Source of the DNA: Octopus bimaculoides
Taxonomy: Eukaryota
DNA length: 39,623 nt
NCBI RefSeq assembly: GCF_001194135.2
Contig: NC_068986.1
Span: forward strand, 96,397,585-96,437,207
Reading direction: 5' to 3'
Below, in pieces: positions 10,552 to 22,649 of the stretch. A program made the position numbers and the translations under genes. Numbering within the stretch: the first letter of the stretch is position 1; each line of letters starts with the position of its first letter. Under the pieces are notes generated by a model. The model was not told where the DNA came from. It made no database searches and saw nothing but the letters and a program-made list of their open reading frames with translations.

Positions 10552-10961
10552 AGGTGGCGAGCTGGCAGAAACATTAGCACACCGGGCGAAATGCTTAGCG
10601 CTATTTCTGTCTTTACGTTCTGAGTTCAAATTCCACCGAGGTCGACTTTGCCTTTTATCCTTTCGGGATTGATTAAATAAGTACCAGTTACACACTGGAG
10701 TCGATATAATCGATTTAATTCGTTTGTCTGTCCTTGTTTGTCCCCTCTATGTTTAGCCCCTTGTGCAATAAAGAAATAAGAAACATTAGCATGCTTGGTG
10801 GTATTTCGTCTGTCTTTACATCCTGAGTTCAAATTCCGCCAAGATCAACTTTGCCTTTCGTCCTTTCGGGGTCGATAAATTAAGTACCAGTTGCATACTG
10901 AGGTCAATCTAATCGACTGGACCCCTCCCCCTAAATTTCGGTCCTTGTGCCTATAGTAGAA
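10552..10961 (+). mobile_element. Family A SINE dimer: A2 subfamily copy nested in the head of an A1 copy
   Basis: Two B-box/core units (CTGAGTTCAAATTCC..GACTTTGCC); direct repeat AGAAACATTAGCA at 10567-10579 and 10779-10791; ends GGTCCTTGTGCCTATAGTAGAA at the gap. Confidence 0.9.
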
Positions 10962-11014
10962 NNNNNNNNNNNNNNNNNNNNNNNNNNNNNNNNNNNNNNN
11001 NNNNNNNNNNNNNN
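10962..11014. other. Assembly gap followed by (TA)n/(CA)n
   Basis: N-run. Confidence 0.99.
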
Positions 11015-11057
<43 letters not shown>

Positions 11058-11339
11058 TCTATTTATCTACACACACACACACACACACACATATATATCT
11101 TGAAGGGAGACAATCCAGATGGTAGTTAGAGATAAACATGATCCGAACTGTTTATGGTATTAAATTAAAAATATTTCGTATGGTCGACCACGGTAGATGT
11201 TGTAATCAATAGGTAGAATATTGGATAAAGTCCCCTGTGATATTTAGTGATGTCCATTTATATTCTGAGCTCCAATAAAAAATAATTGCCTATATATACA
11301 CTATTTCTAATTTATCATCTAGTTTGGAAGTAGTGTTTC

Positions 11340-11480
11340 ATGTGTTGTTTAGCCAGCCATAATCAACTAGACTTATGATCAAAGGAATCCCAGTATGATT
11401 ACTCATTATTTTTTAGACACAATGTACCTAGGACTACATAATCAGAATGTATGCTTTTTTTTTAAGACAGTAAGGTGTAG
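11340..11480 (-). mobile_element. Family E retroposon fragment
   Basis: TGTTGTTTAGCC..CTTATGATCAAAGGAATCCC..GGACTACATAATC is the reverse complement of the family E 3' end. Confidence 0.7.
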
Positions 11481-11509
11481 CATGAAGAAAAGTTGGCTGA
11501 TGACGTTGG

Positions 11510-11710
11510 ATAGCAGAATCAAAGGAGCAACGAAAACCTTGCGCTGTTTAGTTACCTCCCTTTATGTGCTCCATTTAAACCTTGCCAAATTCAGATTTCG
11601 TTTTCATTCATCCGGAGTCAATAAAACAATTATCAATGAAGTTCCGAGGTTGATTAAATAGGCTAAATTTCTTTCTAAAATTTGTGGCCTTGAGCCAAAG
11701 TTAAAAAATC
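11510..11710 (+). mobile_element. Strongly diverged family A SINE
   Basis: Ends AAATTTGTGGCCTTGAGCCAAAGT, like the A1 tail; the rest is poorly conserved. Confidence 0.55.
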
Positions 11711-11888
11711 TATATATCTCATTGTTTGAGAGAAGTGGCAATAGCAGAAATAGTAACACATTTGAGAATTCCAATAGGCTGTGAACCTATAGACTATAAC
11801 TAAAATATGAGCTCTCTCACAAAGCTATGGCAATAAAGAGTTAAACTGAGTAGTGTGACACAAAGCCTACACTAAAAATTAATAATTG

Positions 11889-12248
11889 CAGGCACGGCTG
11901 TGTAGTAAGAAGCTTGCTTCCCAAACACATGGTTCCAGGTTCAGTCCCATTGCATGACACCTTGGGAAAGTGTCTTCCACTATAGCCTCGGGCCAACCAA
12001 AGCCCTGTGAGTAGATCTGATAAACAGAAACTGAAAGAAGCCTGTTGTATATGTGTGTGTTTGTGTGAGTCACCCCATCACTGCTTGACAATTGGTGTTG
12101 GTGTGTTTATGTCTCCATAACTTAGTGGTTTGGCAAAAGAGACCGATAGAATAAGTACTACGTTTAAGAAAATAAGTCTTGAGGTCAAGGCAGTGCTCCA
12201 GCATGGCCACAGTCAAATGACTGAAACAAGTAGAAGAATAAAAGAATA
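11889..12248 (+). mobile_element. Full-length tRNA-headed SINE, family C
   Basis: GGCTGTGTAGTAAG A-box-like and GGTTCAGTCCC B-box-like motifs, internal TG-rich tract, GTCAAATGACTGAAACAAGTAGAAGAATAAAAGAATA tail; homologous to 39347-39623. Confidence 0.9.
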
Positions 12249-12989
12249 TGCCTTGAAGGCATCCAAGATACAGTCACCCATTTTAACACTATCAACAAAG
12301 TGAACTCTACTAAAGGTACTGAAGGTGCCTCTTGTAGAGTCCACTTTGCTGTAAGCATTTGGACGAGGCTGCTGGTCTGAGAATCCCTTCCTTCTTCCCA
12401 GCCGGCAGTCTTGAAGACTTCTCTTGACTTAACAGATTAAAAAAAGGGTATTTGCTTTTCTCTTTGTGATGGAGGTTTGATAAGATAAGTACCAGATATG
12501 TACTAAAATTTACTCAGTCAACTTACTACTTTCCTACAAATTTCTAGATTCAAGCCAATGTTAAGAACTACCATTTTTCATACTTAAATTGTAGCATTGA
12601 TGAGGCTGAATTACATTGATGTTTTTTAAGTAATTTTTAAGCTCAGCCATTAGAAAGAGAGGTGGGTTCAAAGCAAGATAGGAAAGTGAAGTTATGAAGA
12701 AAACTATGTCGACAGAAGTGGAGCTTAAATGGAAGGGAAGAATTCAGTGTGTGTGCGTGTGTGTGTGTGTACACTTGCTGCAGCTTGACATTGTGAAGAC
12801 AAATGGTTGAATATCTAAAGTGTCTAAGAGTGAGAATGTTAAATTTGTAGCCATTGAACCATAAGCTGAGAGTACAAACGTTTAGATATTATTTCTTTAC
12901 AGAAATATAATGTCTGTAATAGCTGGGTATAAATTGTCAATTTTCCTCTGAAGGGTGAGTTTGAAACTCCTAATATTTCAAGGCAGCCC

Positions 12990-13170
12990 TAATTGACAAG
13001 GTATGTTTTCAAAGATGTTCTAACATTGATTCCTTGTCCTTTTTTAGACATAATGCATCTGAGAGTATATAATCTAATATGTCTCTTTTATTAAAACAGC
13101 AGTGTATGATTTAAGGTAAATATGGTACCTATTCTAGCAAGGCAAACAATCCAGTAGTGGTCACCTTGTT
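12990..13170 (-). mobile_element. Diverged family E fragment
   Basis: TCAAAGATGTTC...TATAATCTAATATGTC...TATTCTAGCAAG pattern, as in other minus-strand E copies. Confidence 0.55.
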
Positions 13171-13354
13171 AGTTTGACTGTTAGGATATAACCAAAGTAG
13201 CAATTATTATCAGTTTTCTATGTTTTTCTTTTCTTTTTTTTTTAATGCTAAAAAACATAGTGTATTTGTTTTGTATAATGTTTGAAGAACACAACAATGC
13301 AATTTCATATTCTAAAATTAATTCTAAAGTTCCTAAAATAGAATTAAATAGGGT

Positions 13355-13357
<3 letters not shown>

Positions 13358-13397
<40 letters not shown>

Positions 13398-13423
13398 CAG
13401 CAGCAGCAGGTGTTGTTGTTGTT
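13358..13423. repeat. Compound (TAG)n-(CAG)n-(TGT)n microsatellite
   Basis: Directly visible; the (TGT)n part is the tail of the adjacent minus-strand E copy. Confidence 0.95.
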
Positions 13424-13665
13424 TAAGCCCTAGACCAGCCCTGATCAAGTTTAGTTCCTTATGTCTGTCTGACGACTCCAATGAAGACCATTTGCTTTTT
13501 CATTTGGGGATCAAAGCTCTGATGAAGGATGTTCAATTGAGACTATTGTTTATCTTTCAGAGTTAAGAGTTTTGAGTATCTTTCTATATTTAAAGTACTG
13601 AGGTGTGATTTTCAGAGAAATTTGGTTGGTATTTCCAGCAAGTTGCACGATTGCATAGAGCAATG
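13410..13665 (-). mobile_element. Family E retroposon copy
   Basis: TGTTGTTGTTTAAGCCCTAGACCAGCCCTGATC at the tail end; GTGTGATTTTCAGAGAAATTTGGTTGGTATTTCCAGCAAG at the 5' end. Confidence 0.7.
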
Positions 13666-13921
13666 TTTATTATGAGGGAGAGGGATATATTTCAATGAGT
13701 GGGGGTGTGCGGATTGAAAAGGGGGCAGATAAATTGCCATGTTAAGTAAATTTTTTATTTTCATATATATATAACATATAAACATGTACATCTCTTAGAA
13801 CATTGTCATTTTATAAGATTTTGCTGGTAAAATTTAGATGATTTTCCAATTTTTAAAACTGGTCAACATCATTAATAAAGAAAAAGAGACGCGTAAAAAT
13901 GTTGAACTAATATTGGAGCTG

Positions 13922-14165
13922 NNNNNNNNNNNNNNNNNNNNNNNNNNNNNNNNNNNNNNNNNNNNNNNNNNNNNNNNNNNNNNNNNNNNNNNNNNNNNNN
14001 NNNNNNNNNNNNNNNNNNNNNNNNNNNNNNNNNNNNNNNNNNNNNNNNNNNNNNNNNNNNNNNNNNNNNNNNNNNNNNNNNNNNNNNNNNNNNNNNNNNN
14101 NNNNNNNNNNNNNNNNNNNNNNNNNNNNNNNNNNNNNNNNNNNNNNNNNNNNNNNNNNNNNNNNN
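13922..14165. other. Assembly gap
   Basis: N-run. Confidence 0.99.
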
Positions 14166-14329
14166 GAATAAAATTTTTAGTACTACCTCTGCATATTTTT
14201 AAAATTTCATCGAAATGGTTGATAATTACCCAAAGTCACCAACTATTAACACACTGTTTAGTTTGACAAAATCGGAAATTATGTACCTTGAATAGTGTTA
14301 AGAGTTGTTTCCCCTTCCGACTCTCCCAC

Positions 14330-14374
<45 letters not shown>

Positions 14375-14774
14375 GTTGTCTGACAATCCATAAGTCATAT
14401 ATATTCATGATATTAATAACATCTTAAAGAAACTTCATTCACTTTTGGTGAATGTAGCTTTGTCCAAGAGGAACTGATGTTAATCAGATGCTATCCAATG
14501 ACCACCGGGTGTTTTGACCCTGAACTGTGACACTCTCCCGTTTTTGGTTTGCAACGATATCCAAATCACTGTTCATCATCTCCTCGGAGCATCCTGCTTA
14601 ATTCTTCTCTCTAATTCCATAACCATCAAGCAGCTCTTTCCACTGTCTCTCCCAGCCTCTACTCAGCTACCTTTTGTTCTTTACCTCTTATTCCAATGGC
14701 TGTAATCATTCTAAATACTGACTGGGCAGGAAATCCCCTACACCAGTCCTTGACTGGAAATAGCTATGACTGCT

Positions 14775-15280
14775 ACCCCTTCTCCCTACAATCCCATTTA
14801 ATCCAGACTCCCTAGTATACTAGCTCTTAACCTTATTCTTTCTTCCTCTGGGTACTGTACATCTACCTGGATCATGGCTCTCATTGTCTTGACACCTGCC
14901 TTTTTCTATTGTTGGAAATGGTACAAACCAAAACACTACTGTCTTGTGCTTGTAATTCCAATGATGTTGCTTACCTTCAGCATATTTTCAGCCTGTGCAA
15001 CAGTGGTGCTGACTACACACTTGTGTCCTGAACTTGTAGTGATACTTGCATGCCTGATACACTCACCCTGGGAGTCCATGTACATTTTTCTGCCTTGAAT
15101 TCCTCTACCATTGATGACAAAGGGAGTTGGAGCCATCCAGTTCTTATGTACAGGCCTATTGAAGTATAACTAAGAGAAATACCCAACTATTTATGGAACC
15201 ATTAATTCACCTTCCTCCAATACTTTTTGTCATTGGAACCTCACACACTATCTTGAACAATCCATCTTGGTAGAGCTATG
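14775..15280 (-). mobile_element. Decayed HERO/R2-like (RLE-type) non-LTR retrotransposon fragment, region C-terminal of RT
   Basis: Minus translation across frameshifts: LPRW...EVPMT, W/LGISLSYTSIGLYIRTGWLQLPLSSMVEEFKAEK, SGHKCVVSTTVAQAENMLKVSNIIG..RQ*CFG..HFQQ*KKA...RAMIQ..PEEER. This matches my recollection of HERO-type ORFs (SIGLY..LQLP..S..EEFK; GRKW...AV..AE..L...DIVG....R.GLG). Confidence 0.75.
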
Positions 15281-15312
15281 TGTATGGGTGCATATCTATA
15301 GCTATTTCTATA

Positions 15313-15408
15313 CCTACCTACCTACCTACCTACCTACTACCTACCTACCTACCTACCTACCTACCTACCTACCTACTCACCTACCCACCAGTCATTCATT
15401 CATTCATT
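15313..15408. repeat. (CTAC)n microsatellite followed by (ATTC)n, the tail of the adjacent RTE
   Basis: Directly visible. Confidence 0.9.
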
Positions 15409-16130
15409 TGGTTCTCATTGTGCTTCGTGGTACTTGAGGCGACAGCAAGATCACTCCACCTTCTAACACTGAAAATGTCCTTGACAGCTTGTTCCATCTT
15501 CTGCTTTTAAGATCTTTCGTTATTTTTCTGTTACGTTTCCTTTGGTTGGCCATGTCTTCTTTTACCTTATGGAACTCATTGCAAAGTGATTCTGACAATT
15601 GAGTTCAGTTTAAAGCAACAAACTCGACCTAGTCATTTCCATCTCCTTGCTTCAACAGTATCTCTTATTGGTTTCACATTAGCCTTGGTGTGTAGTTGGA
15701 TATTTGAGATCATATTTGGCTAATAGACCTTCAAAATTTTTCACGAACATTTATTTTGAAACACCTCCAATTTCTTTTCAATACTTCTGGCTGTTTTCCA
15801 ACATTTGGATTCATAAAGGAGGATGCGAAGTATGTTGCTTTTGTAAAATCGTATTTCAGCTCTTGCTAAATATTGATGATTTCCATATTGAGTTCAACAT
15901 ACCGATGATTGGGCAGCTTTACTGATTCTTGTATTTATTTCATGAATGCAGTCTCCATCCATTGTTATTTTGGTGCCTAGATAGTTAAATTCGTCAACAT
16001 TTGCGATTGGTTTGTCATTCAAAGTCACATGGTCAACATCTGTCATATTTTTACAAAGAGTGTACGTTTTCTTCTTGTTGATTTTGAGACCGATGGTGTT
16101 GGCTATTGACACCAATACATGTCTAAAATA
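15392..16130 (-). mobile_element. RTE-clade LINE, 5'-truncated 3' end (decayed RT C-terminus) with (GAAT)n tail
   Basis: GLKINKKKT..VDEFNYLGTKITMDGDCIHEINTRISKAA, then LNSIWKSS..IRFYKSNILRILLYES.CWK..KKLEVFQNKC..RRWK*LG..GKRRHGQPKET; several stops. Confidence 0.9.
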
Positions 16131-16134
16131 CACT

Positions 16135-17760
16135 CCAACAAAACTTATTAGCCAAATAGAAGTAGGCTCTCAAGAAACAAAAGAAACACACTTATCAAGA
16201 AACTCAAAAGACTTAAATATCGTTCAATTAAAATACTACCATCAGCAGCATCCACAATCACCAGCAATAAGAACACTTTAGTTGAAAAACTATCATCTGT
16301 GGAACAGCATAAAAACATACATCAATAACCAAAAGACTGCAGAGGAAGACTGGGTTATTAAAAGAAAAATCAAACACAACCCAATAGTGTTCCACTCGTT
16401 TGTCAAAAAACATAGGACCACTGTTTTTCCCATTGGTCCACTGACATGCTAGAATAGCATTCTCCACCATGATACTAAAAAAATGACAGATGTTCTGCAG
16501 AAACAATATTGCTTTGTCTTCAGTGATATCACAGAGCTTGACTTAGGCTATTTCAATGATGTTAATCTCACCATTCCTGACAACATAACTTTCACTATTT
16601 CAGACATCATTGTCCTTGTAGCTAAACAATACCAAAAATTATTGTGCAGTAGGCCATGATAAATTCCCTGCAAGTGTTCTGAAGAAGTGCAGATGTGAAC
16701 TTGCATTTCCTCAAATTAACCTCTTGAGAAAATCTTTTGACTCAGTCTATATAGTCAAACATTCCTCATTCCAATCTGTTATACTAATCTTCAAAATAAG
16801 GAAATAGGCTACTTACAGTAAACTATTGCCCAGTCTCATTCACCTTTCATATCAAAGTATGTGAACGAATAGTGAACTCAAGAACAACTGGCTTCGTGGA
16901 AAGTAACCAACTCCTAAATTCCAACCAGTACGGCTTTTGTTGAGGCAGAGATTGCCTTATACACCTTCTGCATCATTTTGATGACATCTTTAAAGTTTTA
17001 GAAAAGGGTTTGAACACTGACATAATATATGTTGACTTTGACCACAATATTCTATTGTTAAAACTGTTTAATATTGGAATCCATGGAAAATTGCTGCAAT
17101 GGATCAAATATATGCTGTTGAACATGACCCAGCATGTTGTGATCAACAGAATCCACTGAATCCCAGCAAAAGCCACCAGTTGGGTTCCTCAAGGGGCTAT
17201 GTTAGGCTCACTTCTCTTTATTGTGTATGTAAATGACATTTCAGATGTCATCTAGCTCAGCAATATAAAAATATTCACAGATGACTCCAAACTTCAAAAA
17301 CTTATTAACAGAAAAGCCCAAATAAAACTCCAGTCTCATCTACCAGCTGCAAGTCAATGGGTAGAGAGGAACGACTTGCTGCTAAATGTGCGAAAATTAG
17401 AGAACTCATGCATTTTGAAAAAGAGAGTGAGCTTGAACATCCATATTCTCTTCCTTCGGGAGAAATATGCATGGCATCCAACAACATCAGGACAATTGTT
17501 AACAGTAACCTCTGCTAGAGTACTCACATCAAAAATGAAGTTGATATACTTGCAAAAATTAATTCCTGGATTCTCAGGATTGTCATAATCCCCTTTTCTC
17601 ATCCTTTGTATGGTCACATCTAGAATACTTTTAGCTCTGTGGTTTCCACATACCAAACAAAATATCATGTGAATTGAGGCAGTACAGAGAGCAATTACAA
17701 AAATAAAAAGAATGGAAAAGAAAGGCATCAGAGGGGTGATGCATACCCTGTACACAGATA
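16135..17760 (+). mobile_element. CR1-like LINE reverse transcriptase region, decayed
   Basis: KKIKHNPIVFHSFVK; GHDKFPASVLKKC; NYCPVSFT; KVCERIV; LLNSNQYGF..GRDCL; IYVDF..DHNILLLKL..IGIHGKLLQWI; VPQGAMLGSLLFIVYVND; KIFTDDSKL (catalytic DD at 17280-17285); IEAVQRAITK. Many stops and frameshifts. Confidence 0.92.
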
Positions 17761-18247
17761 AATTTTTTTGCAGACTATAGTGTGGTTTACAATGCGTTGC
17801 TTACCCATTCTTTTTTTAATTGAACTGAATTAAGCTTTGTAAGTGTTTGACTAAAAGAGGATTAGAAGTCTAAGCAGATGACTGCAAAAAGTAGACTTGG
17901 TTGAACGCATATGAGTAAAATTTGCCTATGACTGAATAGATGATTATTCAAATAAAAATCATGATTATGAAAAAGAAAGTGAACAAAATGAAACACTTAT
18001 AGAAAACATTGCATAGAACTTGAGAAATGTTTTCAACGTTTTTCAATGATGGCAGGCAAATCAAACATACTGTAGTTTGCAGTAGGATATAAATAATATG
18101 ACCACTTGCTTATCAGAAAATTTTCAAGTTCGATTTTTAAAAAGTTTTTATTTTCTTTTCTTAAGTATCACCATTATAAGTATTTATACTCCGGTGAAAT
18201 TAAAAAATCAACTCGACGACAGCATGTGTGTGTGTGTGTGTGTGTGT

Positions 18248-18636
18248 NNNNNNNNNNNNNNNNNNNNNNNNNNNNNNNNNNNNNNNNNNNNNNNNNNNNN
18301 NNNNNNNNNNNNNNNNNNNNNNNNNNNNNNNNNNNNNNNNNNNNNNNNNNNNNNNNNNNNNNNNNNNNNNNNNNNNNNNNNNNNNNNNNNNNNNNNNNNN
18401 NNNNNNNNNNNNNNNNNNNNNNNNNNNNNNNNNNNNNNNNNNNNNNNNNNNNNNNNNNNNNNNNNNNNNNNNNNNNNNNNNNNNNNNNNNNNNNNNNNNN
18501 NNNNNNNNNNNNNNNNNNNNNNNNNNNNNNNNNNNNNNNNNNNNNNNNNNNNNNNNNNNNNNNNNNNNNNNNNNNNNNNNNNNNNNNNNNNNNNNNNNNN
18601 NNNNNNNNNNNNNNNNNNNNNNNNNNNNNNNNNNNN
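18248..18636. other. Assembly gap
   Basis: N-run after (TG)n. Confidence 0.99.
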
Positions 18637-19104
<468 letters not shown>

Positions 19105-19347
19105 TGCAGCCACTCTCAGGTAATCATGAATTTAAGACGGTGGCTTCTAAAGACATTCAATGCTGGTGATCTGGAAGCTGAGTTATTTTTTGTTGCAAAT
19201 TATATTTTTTTGATTACCAATAAACAAAACCTTTCTCCTTGGGATGCAAATCAAATCTGTTTTTCTGAGTGTAACTTTTTGGAGCCTTTCAGTGACATAC
19301 ATATATACATACACACATACACTCTTGTTTATATATAGTAGGTATAT

Positions 19348-19728
19348 CGTGGCACTCCATCGGTTACGATGATGAGGGTTCCAGTTGATCCAATCAATGG
19401 AACAGCCTGCTCATAAAATTAACATGTAAGTGGCTGAGCACTCCACAGACATGTGTACCCTTAATGTAGTTCTCGGGGAGATTCAACGTGACACAGTGAG
19501 GGACAAGGCTGGCCCTTGAAATACAGGCACAACAGAAACTGGAAGAAAGAGTGAGAGAAAGTTGTAGTGAAAGAGTACAGGAGGGTTTGCTCCCCACTCT
19601 TTAGAGCCTCGTGGAGCTTTAGGTGCTTTCGCTCAATAAACATTTACAACACCTGGTCTGGGAATTGAAACCACAATCCCATGACTGCAAGTCCACTGCC
19701 CTAACCACTGGGCCATTGTGCCTCCACA
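19348..19728 (-). mobile_element. Full-length SINE family B
   Basis: Reverse complement is collinear with 9386-9754 from GTGGAGGCACAATGGCCCAGTGG to GATGGAGTGCC; it retains the anticodon-arm segment that the 9386 copy lacks. Confidence 0.92.
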
Positions 19729-19731
19729 TAG

Positions 19732-19772
19732 ATATATATGTATGTATGTATGCATGTATGTATGTATGTATA

Positions 19773-19807
<35 letters not shown>

Positions 19808-19816
19808 ATGTATGTA

Positions 19817-19847
<31 letters not shown>

Positions 19848-19856
19848 CTACATGTA
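19732..19856. repeat. (TATG)n/(TG)n compound microsatellite
   Basis: Directly visible. Confidence 0.95.
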
Positions 19857-19859
19857 TAA

Positions 19860-20095
19860 CTCCTTGTCTTCACATCCTGTGATTGTTGTAAGCAGCCACC
19901 ATATAAGCAGTGTCATTTATTTCCAGTCTTCTGTGAACATATGCATGGCCTTGGGGAAATATTACCTTGCTTGGAAACAGGTGAGGTTTACCAACAAGAA
20001 GTGCATCAAGCCATAAATTTCTATATTAATGGATATCATCTGATCCATGCAGGCATGAAAAATTGGATGTTAAAACAGTGACAACGATGATGATA
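19860..20095 (+). mobile_element. Retroposon 3' module with an RTE-like (GAT)n end
   Basis: Ends TGATCCATGCAGGCATGAAAAATTGGATGTTAAAAC..GATGATGAT, related to the family D terminus CCATGCTAGCATGGAAAGCGGACGTTAAAC(GAT)n. Confidence 0.65.
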
Positions 20096-20199
20096 CATTA
20101 TAATTCACTGCACATATAGATGCAGATAAATAGATAAATAGATAGGATAAGAATATGTAATTATAGGTATGGATTTTCTGAATGCATACTTCATGTTGG

Positions 20200-20293
20200 T
20201 ATACATACATACATACATACATACATACATGCATACATGCATACATGCATGCATGCATACATACGTGCATACATACATACATACATACATACA

Positions 20294-20324
<31 letters not shown>

Positions 20325-20350
20325 GTATGTATGTATATATGTGTATATGT
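20200..20350. repeat. (TACA)n/(TGCA)n microsatellite
   Basis: Directly visible. Confidence 0.95.
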
Positions 20351-20827
20351 ATGGATAGAAACAAGAATTCAGAAAATCCATATAATTAGATATACAATCC
20401 CAAATATTTATCTGATTATTTAATTATTATCTATTTATCAACATCTGTATCTGTGCAAGATATATCATCATCATCATCATCATCTTCATTTTAACATCTA
20501 CTTTTCTATGCTTGCATGAGTTAGATGAAATAAGCGGAGTTCGTGTGTGTGTGTGAGTGAGTGTGTGTGAGTGAGTGTGTGCGTGCGCGTGCATGTGTCT
20601 ATGTGTGTGTGTATGTGTGCATGAGTATACATGTTTGTCGTGTGTGTCTATAGGACTGAATTTCTGAGCATGTGCATATGCAAGTAGATGCTTAAGTAGA
20701 TCAGTGCATATACTGCAGTTGAAGGAATAATGCACTCATTACTGCATTCAAATCAATTACACAATTTGGCAATATTCAAAAGCTGCATCTGTTATAGTTG
20801 CATTGGCTGGGCAACATTTGGCACAGA

Positions 20828-21620
20828 TCATCACCATCACCAAAACCACCACCACCACCACCACCACCAAAACTACCACGACCATGATGATGATCATCAT
20901 CACCATCATCCCCACTATGATACTATTTTCCTTCTCCTCCAACTCATCATCATCATCAACCCTAACCATTGCTATCATCTTCATCCTCCACTATTTCCTC
21001 CTCCACATCCCTTCCCTTCCCCCTCTTCTTCCTACTCCTGCTTCTCCTCCTCCCTTCTGTTTCCTATTTATCATCATCAACATCAACATAAGTATCATGA
21101 ACCNNNNNNNNNNNNNNNNNNNNNNNNNNNNNNNNNNNNNNNNNNNNNNNNNNNNNNNNNNNNNNNNNNNNNNNNNNNNNNNNNNNNNNNNNNNNNNNNN
21201 NNNNNNNNNNNNNNNNNNNNNNNNNNNNNNNNNNNNNCACCACCACATCCACCACCACCACTATCCTTACTCTCCATGATTTTCTCCTCCTCCTCCTCAT
21301 CATCATTGCATGTTCTAAACTCTGTCTGGCACTAAATGTGTCCAGAGCTCTGTGTGGCTTTTCTCCAATGATGTTAACACTGGGCATAAGTCCATCTCCT
21401 CTGGCTCCTCCTCCCCCTCCTCATTGTTATCTTCCCCATCACCACCACTACTGCTACAACCACACCACTACTACCAACCACCAAAACTACAAACACCATC
21501 ATTACTACTACAGTTACTCCACCACCATCGCTCCTATACTGTCATGAACAGAACTGCCATCTCCCCATTGTAAACACCACAACCATTGTAACGACTACCA
21601 CCACCACTACCATTACACTA
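20828..21620. repeat. CAC/CAT/CTC low-complexity tract containing an assembly gap (N 21104-21237)
   Basis: Degenerate trinucleotide repeats; explains the poly-His/Pro/Thr ORFs. Confidence 0.9.
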
Positions 21621-21639
21621 TAAATAAGTTGAGCCAACA

Positions 21640-21860
21640 AAAAACCTCTACACTGGTCACTTGACCTTCTAGAAATAACAAGCAAATCTTCCTCAGACAA
21701 TATGTAACCAACTTTAAAAAAGGACATAATGGCTATTGTAGTCCAAGCTATACAATATCTGAAGCCACACACAAAAAGATGGGATGATCTCAGATGAAAT
21801 ACTGATCACTTAGTTCTTAGAGTTGAATCTTTAATAGCTTAAGAGAAGAATTTTTAGACA
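21640..21860 (+). mobile_element. Family E retroposon copy (diverged)
   Basis: CTCTACACTGGTCACTTGACCTTCTAGAAATAACAAGCAAATCTTCCTC...TTGTAGTCC...GATGGGATGATC. Confidence 0.7.
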
Positions 21861-22020
21861 TGGTAGCAAAACCTAGAATTGAGAGGTTTCAAATTAAACT
21901 TAGCAAAGTTGGAAAGAAGGCATGGCCCTTCTTGATATGCAAAAAGGAGTAAACAGAAATACAGTATGAAGCCATCCTATAGTTTTTTGAGCACATTGTA
22001 TCCAGGACTATATTATCGAA

Positions 22021-22150
22021 TGTCATCATCATCATCGTTGTCGTCGTCATTGTCATCATCATCATCATCATCATTGTTGTCATCATTGTTGTCGTCATTG
22101 TCGTTGTCATCATCATGATCATCATCATGAGCATCAGTAATAATAATAAT
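22021..22150. repeat. (CAT)n/(TGT/CGT)n degenerate microsatellite
   Basis: Directly visible; source of the poly-Met/Asp ORFs. Confidence 0.9.
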
Positions 22151-22649
22151 TTTACATTCACTTTCTGTGCTTAAGTAGTTTGGACAAGGCATCATGTTTT
22201 TATTTGAATCAGTTTTTATTTGGGGATACTCCCTCACTAAATGAGTTAGGGGACTAAATCACATTTAGTTGGATGCCCTTCCTACCAACAAATTAATTGG
22301 TTGCTTTTATCATGTCACCAGCTCCAGAGAAGTTGACATGTAATCAGTCAGATTGAAAATTCCTCTTGACTCAACCTTGTCTCTGTTCATTCATCATCCA
22401 CTCTATTGTGTGCACAAATGTATATCTAGGTCAGTACCCAGATTTAGAAGAAGAGAGGTTCTCAGTTATTCCATATGAGACCCTTCCCAATTCATGACTA
22501 TATGCATCCTGGCCAGAGGCCTCCTAGATTTTGAGATCCAAGGCTTCAGGGAAATTGGCATAGGTTTTCATTTACCCAATGAGTCCTTTCTTTTTTTTCA
22601 TGTCTGTGAGATGTGGCTTGAAGTAGATTTGGCTGCTATTTTGAGGAGG

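Noticed and set aside
13515-13570. CTGATGA hammerhead-core-like motif
   Set aside because: No GAAA and no closable stems II or III; it lies within a decayed E copy.
14490-14705. Possible LINE C-terminal zinc-knuckle remnant (LPFLVCNDIQITVHHLL)
   Set aside because: A single short motif with insufficient supporting context.
14965-15150. Strong minus-strand donors (AAG|GTAAGC, AGG|GTGAGT) suggesting exons
   Set aside because: They fall inside the HERO-like retrotransposon reading frame, which continues across them.
20730-21335. 201-aa His/Pro-rich ORF
   Set aside because: Built from CAC/CAT/CTC repeats and spans a gap; no splice or homology support.
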